A stretch of 62,639 bases of DNA, the filler included, from Aduncisulcus paluster (lineage: Eukaryota): NCBI GenBank assembly GCA_024181965.1. It is 5 parts of 5 records of this genome, joined end to end, with 100 filler letters (N's around TTAATTAATTAA, not from the genome) between each part and the next. Parts side by side here need not be neighbours in the genome. Positions count along the whole stretch, not along the records: positions 1 to 8,635 come from BQXS01010892.1; 4 more parts are not named here. One strand, given 5' to 3'. Shown piece by piece: positions 1 to 8,735 of the stretch. Below the pieces are notes generated by a model. That model was not told the DNA's origin, made no database searches, and saw only the letters and a program-made list of their open reading frames with translations. Within the stretch, counting starts at the first letter, position 1. Each line of letters starts with the position of its first letter. The position numbers and the translations under genes were made by a program.

Positions 1-945
1 GGATCATATTACCCATTCACTCGTGTGCATGCTATGAAACCATTCGACCACGTATGCTGGAAAGAGGAATATGGGTCAGATGCATGCGATATTCAACGTG
101 AGAGTGCTCTGACTAAGTACAGAATGATCGCTCTGATGTATTCTGAGATGTTGAAGGCACATGTTCAAGGTGGATCCATCGTCAGACCTCTGCAAGCCGA
201 CTGGCCCCAACTGACTGCCCTATATGACACCGATCAGGTCTTTTCTTACGGAGGATATCTCATTGGTGCCCCTCTTGTTCACAGTGAAATGTCTGGAACT
301 ACAGTTATCACGCTTCCCTATGAAACATACTCTCCCATATCCACTGTGTCTCGTTCATACGAAGAGTATTATGATTTCATTACTCTCTCTAATATTAATT
401 GTTCACAAACATCTGAGACTGATGTGAGTGATGGTACATGTTCTGTGACTGTCGATGCTTCATATGGCTCTATGCCACTGTTCGTTCGTGCAGGAAGTAT
501 AATACCCACTCAGTCACCTCAGGAGAGAGCTTACACGACATTCCAAGAGAGTACACTGAATTTGTTGTCTGTGATGACAGCATATGGAAGTGCGAAGGGA
601 GAAATGTATCTCGATAGCGGGAAATGGAGTAACAATGGGTTAAATTACGCTAACGTTTACGTCACGGTGTCCATGGTCACCTATTGTGATGGGAAAGGGA
701 CTTGTACTTTCCAAATAGCTACTTCCGATTATGGTTCAATGGTGCCTTCAATTGAGAAGATTCCCAGTGTTGGTACCGTTACCATTGTTGGAGATATGCT
801 CGGAACAGTGAAATCTGTTTCCAATTTAGATTGTTCAACATCAACTACATGTTCCAGTTTGATTATAGACAATAATATCGAGATATCGGTTGATTTTGCT
901 CTTAACACCGGAGATTCCCTTGAAATATCCTTTAATTACGAATAA
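1..945 (+). CDS. Glycoside hydrolase family 31 (alpha-glucosidase-like), C-terminal part, 5'-truncated
   Basis: Frame is open from base 1 (GSYYPFTRVH, cf. GH31 GAFYPFSRNH). Also G.SIVRPL, LIGAPL, MPLFVRAGSIIP and AKGEMYLDSG, typical of the GH31 C-terminal domains. Confidence 0.85.
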   Translation, partial: GSYYPFTRVHAMKPFDHVCWKEEYGSDACDIQRESALTKYRMIALMYSEMLKAHVQGGSIVRPLQADWPQLTALYDTDQVFSYGGYLIGAPLVHSEMSGTTVITLPYETYSPISTVSRSYEEYYDFITLSNINCSQTSETDVSDGTCSVTVDASYGSMPLFVRAGSIIPTQSPQERAYTTFQESTLNLLSVMTAYGSAKGEMYLDSGKWSNNGLNYANVYVTVSMVTYCDGKGTCTFQIATSDYGSMVPSIEKIPSVGTVTIVGDMLGTVKSVSNLDCSTSTTCSSLIIDNNIEISVDFALNTGDSLEISFNYE

Positions 946-1477
946 TAATGTTGTTTTAATGTTTTTTTTTAAATTAATTTATGTCTTTCTTTCTGCTATT
1001 ACTAATAGCAGAATTAGTAATTGCTATTTTCTCTGAATCCAATTTCTTAAGTTCCTTGGATATTTTTGTCAGAATTATATGTTTTTTCTTGGATAAGCGA
1101 TAGATTTAATTGTAATTCATGTTTTTTTCCCTTTACACGATTCTCCTCTCAAACTCCTCCATCTTAATAGTTTATTTATTAATGTTGGATATTTTCCCTA
1201 TTTCATTAAATTTTCAGTATTCTACACCCATTTGTGTTTGTAATACCTTATAAGAGAACAATAAAGAATTTCTTCTCTCGATAGCTGATCGGAGTTTTCA
1301 TACAAAAGATGGTAAATTTTTCATTTAATGCCCCTATTATATCTATTTACAACACTTTGAGTTCAATTTATGTTTGGAAATATTCATATTATTTGCAATT
1401 AATGAGTTAGGAATCAGAGAGAAAAAAAAACCAGTTTTGAAAACCATTAAAAACTCAAACTCAATCTTTTTTTATAA

Positions 1478-1945
1478 ATGTCATCTGCTTTATATTTTGT
1501 TGTGTATTATATCATCTTTTTTGCAGTGTTCATCACTGTATCAGTTGTGATTTGTTGTAAAGTTTGTTCCGGTATTTGCTGTGGAGGTGCAGCAAGAAAC
1601 GCAGCAGTTGGAGGCATTGGAATGGGAGGAATTGGTCTTGCTATGGGTGCTGCTGCCCTTGCCAGCTCTTCTAGCAGCTCTTCGTCAGTAGCTCCCCAAC
1701 CAGCTTATTCCCAAGGTTACGCTCAGCCACCCGGCTATGCTCAGCCCCCTGGATACGCTCAACCCCCTGGATACGCTCAACCTGGCTATGCTCCTCAACC
1801 CGGTTATTCTCCTCAATATCATGCTCAGAATCAATTCGACAGTCGTCAATATTCTCAACCCCAGTCTGTTAGTGTCCCAAGTGCTCCTTCCTTCACCACA
1901 GGTGTCCCTTCTGCACCCCCTGTGACTGGAGTTTATGGACTTTAA
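1478..1945 (+). CDS. Small membrane protein with N-terminal TM helix, Cys cluster, (GYAQPP)n repeats and two PSAP motifs
   Basis: 155-aa ORF with ATG in an AT-rich context; hydrophobic aa 4-26, then CCKVCSGICC, then a Pro/Tyr/Gln-rich tail. Confidence 0.8.
   Translation: MSSALYFVVYYIIFFAVFITVSVVICCKVCSGICCGGAARNAAVGGIGMGGIGLAMGAAALASSSSSSSSVAPQPAYSQGYAQPPGYAQPPGYAQPPGYAQPGYAPQPGYSPQYHAQNQFDSRQYSQPQSVSVPSAPSFTTGVPSAPPVTGVYGL
1715..1816 (+). repeat. Coding tandem repeat, ~18-bp unit encoding GYAQPP
   Basis: ggttacgctcagccaccc / ggctatgctcagccccct / ggatacgctcaaccccct / ggatacgctcaacct / ggctatgctcctcaaccc. Confidence 0.9.
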
Positions 1946-2303
1946 ACAACTTAAATATATTATGAATTCTACGAAAGACGAGACCTTAAATATGATATTT
2001 ATTGTCTGAGAGATCTTATCATATCAATCAATCTATGAACTAGTATATATATCTTATTAAACATATTTTTTTTTATTTGTGATTGGGTTTCGTATTCTCC
2101 CTCATGGTGAGACACTAGATATATGTCTACCTTTACGATGCCTGAAAAAACCCTGTTGTGATTCTTCATCTTAAATCGCCTCTTCAAAATTAATAAACAA
2201 ATTGATGCTTCTTTGTGCGTTGGCTGATTTCCCATGGAGAATCTGTATATTTCTGAATCAATCGTGATTTTGATCGCAGCTCATTCATTTATTTCACATT
2301 ACT

Positions 2304-3323
2304 ATGGAATACGAAAGATCCCTAAAGAATATATTCCAACAAAAAACATTAAAATGGGTCTTTGTCGGTGGTAAAGGAGGTGTTGGGAAAACTAGCTGTT
2401 CTTCCTCCATTGCTGTCCGTCTTGCCTCAGTTAGAAGTTCTGTTTTGCTTGTTAGTACAGATCCAGCTCATAATTTATGTGATGCCTTTAAACAAAAGTT
2501 CGGCAATGATCCAATTTTGATAAAAGGATTCACAAATCTATTTGGAATGGAATCTTCTGCTAATGAAGCATATTTAAGTCAACTCAAAGGTTCTACAATG
2601 AAAGAAGACTCCGATTCACCTATAGGTGGAGCTGTTGCTGGCGCTTTATCCTTCATGATTGAGCAAGGAGCTATCCCCGGTCTTGACGAGTTAGTTTCCT
2701 TTGGAAAACTTCTTGAAATAGCCAAAGATCTCGAGACAGATTGTATTGTGGTCGATTTACCTCCTACTGGTCATGCTCTTCGTTTCCTTTCGCTTCCCGA
2801 TACCTGTCTTCAGCTTATGACTTTTATTTCATCCATCAAGGACAAATCTTCTGCCTTTTTAACCCCCCTTCTTAGTATTATTGGTAAAGATGTCAGTATT
2901 GATAGCGTATTTGAAAAAATTGAAGATTTCCTCGTTCCAGTGAGAAATATGGTAACAGAGATGAAAAACCCCGATATTTGTACATTTATTTGCGTGTGTA
3001 TCCCTGAATATCTATCAGTATATGAAACAGAACGTTTAGTTCAAGAATTACTCAAGAGAGGCATTGATACCCATAACATCATTCTCAATCAAGTTCTCGA
3101 CGTTTCACCGATGTCTTCATGCGAAAGCTGTATAGCTAGACATCGTATGCAAAGAAAATACATTAGAAGAGCCGAAATGTTATACGGGGATGATTTCCAC
3201 CTTACTTTAATGCCTCTGCAGAAAGAAGAAATTAGAGGTGTGAAATTACTAAAGCAATTTGGTGACCTTCTTGAAACAAAACATATATTTTCTTGGGAAA
3301 AGACAAAAGAAGAAGAAGAGTAA
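2304..3323 (+). CDS. GET3: GET3/ASNA1/TRC40 (ArsA-family) tail-anchored protein targeting ATPase
   Basis: KWVFVGGKGGVGKT P-loop, STDPAHNL switch I, PGLDE, D.PPTGH switch II, CIPEYLSVYETERL, CxxC (CESC), EEIRG. Confidence 0.95.
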   Translation: MEYERSLKNIFQQKTLKWVFVGGKGGVGKTSCSSSIAVRLASVRSSVLLVSTDPAHNLCDAFKQKFGNDPILIKGFTNLFGMESSANEAYLSQLKGSTMKEDSDSPIGGAVAGALSFMIEQGAIPGLDELVSFGKLLEIAKDLETDCIVVDLPPTGHALRFLSLPDTCLQLMTFISSIKDKSSAFLTPLLSIIGKDVSIDSVFEKIEDFLVPVRNMVTEMKNPDICTFICVCIPEYLSVYETERLVQELLKRGIDTHNIILNQVLDVSPMSSCESCIARHRMQRKYIRRAEMLYGDDFHLTLMPLQKEEIRGVKLLKQFGDLLETKHIFSWEKTKEEEE

Positions 3324-3333
3324 ATCACTTTAC

Positions 3334-3592
3334 TTTATTCATATGACGGCAAACTCTGCTTTGTGCGAAAAGAAATAAACGAAGACTTCCTTTTGATAAT
3401 TGATTATTTTGCTATATAAATTTTTCTTTCAGAAAAACTTCAGTTTTTGGTTTAAAACAGAGGTCTCCAGACACGTCATACAGGCGGTCTGGGATCAGTT
3501 TCCAAAGTCTTCATTTCATAATCCTTGAGACAGCACAGCAATATTTGATTTTTATTTATATGACGGCAAACTCTGCTTTGTGCGAAAAGAAA
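3334..3592 (+). repeat. 42-bp direct repeat pair (3334-3375 and 3551-3592, one mismatch)
   Basis: TTTATT(C/T)ATATGACGGCAAACTCTGCTTTGTGCGAAAAGAAA occurs twice, 217 bp apart. Confidence 0.95.
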
Positions 3593-3824
3593 AAGCAATA
3601 TAATATATTTTTATTTTTTATAAGATATTATCGACCTTCATTGATTCGTATTTGCACATTCTATTATCTATCTGCGGATAACGCATTTTATCTTTGTCTG
3701 GAAAAAGTGATTACGTGCAGAGGCTTTCCGAACAATAGAGGCGATTTGAACATTTGTCCATTGGAATAACCACCCAAATCGTGCTTTAAATTATTTCATC
3801 ACATCAATTTATTATAAAACAAAT

Positions 3825-5729
3825 ATGATACCTCCTTCTACTGTGTATACTGATGAGAATATTCTCTCTACCTTAAAGCAATGGTTCCATTATGATAAAT
3901 TTAGAGGTCCTCAATTAAAAATCATTCAATCTGTTTTAAGTGGAAATGATACATTTGTTTTGATGCCTACTGGTGGAGGTAAATCATTATGTTATCAAAT
4001 CCCACCTCTTGTGTCAAATAAGTTATGTGTTGTTATTTCACCACTAATTTCGTTAATGCAGGACCAATGTGATGCATTAAAACGTCGTCAAATACCAGTA
4101 GCTTCCTTTTGTTCTGCTGTGTCATCAGGTGAAAAAAGATCAATTCTTGATGATTTAGATTCCCTAAATCCACGTATTCGATTACTATATACAACCCCTG
4201 AATCCCTAGTCACCCGCCCTCTCTCCACCATCTTATCCAATCTTTCCAAAGCTAATAGATTATGTTTGGTCGCCATGGATGAAGCACATTGTGTCTCTGA
4301 ATGGGGCCATGAATTCAGACAAGCCTATAAAAGGGTTGGTATTGTCAGAGAAATGGTCGGAAATAATATTCCTATTCTTGCCCTCACAGCTACAGCCACC
4401 ACAAGAGTCGTAAAAGATATCGCTTCTATTCTGTGCTTAAAACCATCATTCAAAACATTTAGAAGTAGTTTTGACCGTCCTAATATTCGATTTGATGTTC
4501 GATACTCTGAGCATCTTCAAGCCAAAGGTTCCTCCAAAATGGAAGACATTATAGTTTTACTGAGCAAATGGAAAGATAAGAGTGGTATAATATATGCATT
4601 AAGAAAGAAAGATTGCGAAGAAATATCAAAATTATGTGCTGAATTTATCCCTGGATTGACCATTCGACATTATCACGCTGCTATGCCCGATTCAGAGAAG
4701 AAATCAATTTTACAACGCTGGGGCACTGGTGAAATTAAAGTTGTTGTTGCCACAGTTGCTTTTGGAATGGGAATAGATAAAGCTGATGTCCGTTATGTTA
4801 TCCACCATGATATACCCAAGTCTATGGAGAGTTTCTATCAGAAAAGTGGCAGAGTTGGGAGAGATGGAAAGCAAGCAATAGCTGTTTTGTATTATTCGAG
4901 AAAGGAAGCACAGAGAATCTTGAAGTTCGTTCAGTCTGGCGATTCGGTTGGACCCTCTGGATGTGGACGATTCGAGGCCAGGGTTTCAAGCTATCGTTCT
5001 GTCGTGGATATGTGCTGTTTATGTGGATGCCGAAGACGTTCCATCCTTGAGTATTTCAACGATCCTAATTTAACCGCCTTAGTCAGCCATAGAAGATGTT
5101 GTGATTATTGTAATAACCCTGAGAAAGTTGAACGAATTATAACAGGCGTCTGTGGTCTTGATGGAAGAAAATTAACAGCACAACCGCATCGGTCTTCATC
5201 CTCTTTCGAAGATGATATGGACAAAGAGGAAAGTACATTGCTCAAAGAAATCAAAAAGAAAAAACAGAGAGATTCGAAGAGTTTCTCATTTTCCACCGCA
5301 TCTGAGCTTGTGAGTTCGAATCATAATAAGAAAAAAAGAGAAAAAGAAATATCATCCGTTTCTAAACATTTATCCAGACCTTCGCTTAATAGGACTAAGA
5401 CTTCTTCTCAATCAAAAGGAACCTCATCAAAGATCAAGGAAATGCCATATTCAGCAGAAATGTTAGAGAAATGGAAGACTAGAAAACAAACTAGAGATAT
5501 TATTCAGAAAACACTCGAGCAAAATGTTGCAGCGAGGCGTGGTGGAGTCCTTTCCGAGCAATCGGCAAGAGATCGTATTGCTTCAAGTCTTGAGGCCAGA
5601 GTGAATGCTGAGAAAGGTGATTATAGCGTTAATGTTGCTTCTCTTATGAAAAGATTGGAGAAATTGAATAGAGAACGCTTGGTATTTAATTTCTCAATTG
5701 AACTCTCAAGAATTGGATTGACAGAATAA
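3825..5729 (+). CDS. RecQ family DNA helicase, RECQL5/RecQl3-like
   Basis: MPTGGGKSLCYQ, DEAHCVSEWGHEFR, ALTATA, ATVAFGMGIDK, Zn site CRR..CCDYC, and a C-terminal helical segment resembling the RECQL5 KIX-like region. Confidence 0.92.
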   Translation: MIPPSTVYTDENILSTLKQWFHYDKFRGPQLKIIQSVLSGNDTFVLMPTGGGKSLCYQIPPLVSNKLCVVISPLISLMQDQCDALKRRQIPVASFCSAVSSGEKRSILDDLDSLNPRIRLLYTTPESLVTRPLSTILSNLSKANRLCLVAMDEAHCVSEWGHEFRQAYKRVGIVREMVGNNIPILALTATATTRVVKDIASILCLKPSFKTFRSSFDRPNIRFDVRYSEHLQAKGSSKMEDIIVLLSKWKDKSGIIYALRKKDCEEISKLCAEFIPGLTIRHYHAAMPDSEKKSILQRWGTGEIKVVVATVAFGMGIDKADVRYVIHHDIPKSMESFYQKSGRVGRDGKQAIAVLYYSRKEAQRILKFVQSGDSVGPSGCGRFEARVSSYRSVVDMCCLCGCRRRSILEYFNDPNLTALVSHRRCCDYCNNPEKVERIITGVCGLDGRKLTAQPHRSSSSFEDDMDKEESTLLKEIKKKKQRDSKSFSFSTASELVSSNHNKKKREKEISSVSKHLSRPSLNRTKTSSQSKGTSSKIKEMPYSAEMLEKWKTRKQTRDIIQKTLEQNVAARRGGVLSEQSARDRIASSLEARVNAEKGDYSVNVASLMKRLEKLNRERLVFNFSIELSRIGLTE

Positions 5730-5962
5730 GAACACAATCGGTTGAACCTCATCTCAATATAAAAATAGTAAAAAAAAATTTCTAATTGACATCGTATCGA
5801 GTGAGGTTTTGTTCAACAAGTTGTTGTTTTTAGTCGAAACATTTTTCAATAATTTTATTGTTTCGGACTAAATAAAAGTATACACACTTAAATACAATCT
5901 TCAAACTGTCCCTAAAATAGGAAAATTCTCAAAATTAGATTCCGGACGAAATAGGAAAAATC

Positions 5963-6033
5963 CACCCCCACTGGGATTTGAACCCAGGTCGCCTGATTAG
6001 GAATCAGGTATGCTACCACTACACCATGGGGGT
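5963..6033 (-). tRNA. tRNA-Arg(CCU), 71 nt
   Basis: Cloverleaf: ACCCCCA/TGGGGGT acceptor, GTGT-AGTGGTA-GCAT D arm, CCTGA-TTCCTAA-TCAGG anticodon arm, CTGGG-TTCAAAT-CCCAG T arm; T-run terminator follows. Confidence 0.92.
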
Positions 6034-7041
6034 ATAAAAATTTGAGCATAATATTAATAGCTATAATATACTCCTCCAAAATTCTTTTGTTTTTCACATT
6101 CTTCCTTTATTGCTGAGAGTGCAGAGATAAGTGAGAAAGAATCAAATGATTAATTTATTATTTTCCAGACCGATAAGTCTTGATATTCCATTCTTAAATT
6201 GCTTCTTTAATATGTGAGTTATAAGTTGATTCACAAAGGCAAATCTAGTATAAGCAAAGATGAAGAGAGGATGAACAAGAAAGAGTACTGTATCCTTCAA
6301 ATTTGTCCGATTTCTAACTTGATTCAAACCACACAACTATGCAGCAGTGAGTCAGCATTATAATAAATTCAGCATTATAAGAATTAGAATAATAGGAAAA
6401 AAGGGAAAGAAGAGAATATACTATAAAAAACCAAAAAAAGCAAAAAAAACACAAATAAGAATTATAATTAATTTCTTCCTATCCAGGTAGGAAATTGTAC
6501 AAAAATAGGGCTGTTAGCAAAAAAAAAAAAAAAAACTAAAACATAGGTTGGAACAATAATTTCATTGGCAACCAAGACTCTTGAGAAACTGGTTTAGATA
6601 CAGAATAAAATTATGAAAATAGACAACAAGAATTAATTTAAAGAGTATATTGTATCAATTAATATATACAAATAGTAATCTAAAAAGATTACTTTCGGGG
6701 ATAAAAAAAGATACATATTTATATTTTTTTTTGGAAGGTCTAAAAATAGAACAATCCAAAAATAGAATGATCAAGAGTCACAACAATACATTCAATTTGA
6801 ATTCAAATTATGCAATCAAAAAACGATTATAATGAACCTAAAAATAGAAACAAAAAAAGCTAGAATTAAAAATATTCAGTGGGGAGACATAGATGAAGAG
6901 AGACATTCAAATATTAGCATATCAATAAAACAAATAATATCAGAAAAGAGAAAAAAAGACCTTTAATGATGAATAAATTAATAAATTAATGAGAAAACAA
7001 AAAAAGAATAAAATGAGGTCTGGTATTTGTCTAAAAAACTC

Positions 7042-8635
7042 TCAGACCCGTGGTGTGGAATTTCTACTTCTTTCCTGAATTATTTCCATTGGACATGACT
7101 CACTGAGAACAATCTCCTCCTCTACATCAGTCAAACGGGCACAACAAGAAGACCCAAACACTTCAATATCCTTAAATGTCTGATGTGATTTCTTCATTCG
7201 ACTCAAAACATTGCAGTCACGGATCTCAGATGTTATGGCAACACCAATAAAAGAGACGATATCAGAAAGGGGAAACATCCACCACATGAAATCTATAGTG
7301 ACGCCATCAACTCCCCATGCAAACACACAGAGCATTGTGTATAAGATAACATACTTACCCATAGCAAAAAGAGCTGCAGGAATTAGTTGACCATCGGACT
7401 GGAAATCTGTCGCACAAATGAGACTCAAAGAGTATAAAGTGAGGAAGGAACACACAATTCGAAGAATAGAGCTCCCAGTTTCAATGAATTGATCAACATC
7501 AATATCAGGATCGTCTCGGTGGACAAATGCAGTCATAACAGAACGAGAGAAGCCAATAACAAAGAGAGAGGACACCAATGTAATGCTTCCACACAGAATC
7601 TGACTGAATCTCTTCATAATATACGCCTTGTGATACTCCTTGGCACCGTTCACATAGCCTTGGAGAGTTAGGAAACCTTGCATGTAACCAACAGTTGTGA
7701 ATATTGTAATTCCACACATCTTTATAGCAACACTGAACATAGCAATGTACATATTCATGGCTTTTTCAGCCTCCACGGGGTCGTCAATACCATTTTTCGC
7801 AAGGGGACACACAACAGCATTCACAATAAGTCCAGTGAGAGCGTTTGAAGCCATAATAACGCAAGGGCCAAGACCCAAAAGAATAATTTCAAGTATTTTT
7901 GCAATGTTAGGCTTTAAGAGATTGGACAAGGTCAGACGGACTGAGGATTTAGAGATTAGCCAATACATAAGATAGATACCCGGGATTGTTTGAGCGATTA
8001 CCGTTGAATAAGCAGCACCTTTCAACCCCATATCAAAGCCAAAGATTAGAATAGGATCTATAATTATGTTCAAAATGGCAGATACGATCGAAATAACCAT
8101 GGCACAAAGCGCTGAACCCTCACTTCGAGGTAGATTATTTCCAGAGGCAGTCATGGTATAAGCATATGTTCCTACAGCAATTATTTTAAGATATGACGCC
8201 GCTTCATCCTCGATTGTAGTGTCAGCACCAAAGGCTCGAACAATGGGGAGGGCAAAGGGAATAACAAGAAGAGGAACAAGAATAGAAATAACTATCCATG
8301 AGAAAATGACAGATCCAAGGTATTTTTCAGCCTCGGATATATTTTTTTTACCAAGAGCACGAGAAATAAGAGTCCCACAACCAAAGTTAAGAATTACACC
8401 CACATTCCAGATTATCAGTTGTTCTGCTGGGAAAGCAACACCAATAGCAGCAAGAGAGTTTCCACTATACCGTCCGATATATAAAGAGTCAATAGAACTG
8501 TACAAGGCACCGATAATTGTGCTAATAATACCGGGGGTAGCAATATGCCATACCAAAGGAATTAATGGCTTAGAAGCAACTTGTTTTTCCAATGTTGACG
8601 ACTTTTGAGGGAGGTCAATTTCAGAGCAACACTGA
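7042..8635 (-). CDS. MATE family multidrug/toxin efflux transporter, 5'-truncated at contig edge
   Basis: LYSSIDSLYIGR, ISRALG, LPRSEG, LNIIIDPILIFGFDMGLKGAAYST, about 12 TM helices. The frame stays open upstream of 8592 up to the spacer. Confidence 0.92.
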
Positions 8636-8735
8636 NNNNNNNNNNNNNNNNNNNNNNNNNNNNNNNNNNNNNNNNNNNNTTAATTAATTAANNNNNNNNN
8701 NNNNNNNNNNNNNNNNNNNNNNNNNNNNNNNNNNN
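8636..8735. other. Artificial contig spacer N44-TTAATTAATTAA-N44
   Basis: Identical 100-nt spacer with stops in all six frames occurs four times; flanking genes are cut at it. Confidence 0.97.

Noticed and set aside
3341-3375. SECIS element (ATGA...AAA...GA) after GET3
   Set aside because: Only 4 nt separate ATGA and the AAA, versus a ~10-12-bp helix in eukaryotic SECIS; no clear stem, and no in-frame TGA in the upstream genes.
5912-6832. Short ORFs in AT-rich intergenic DNA
   Set aside because: Non-ATG starts, no coding signature; one overlaps the tRNA.
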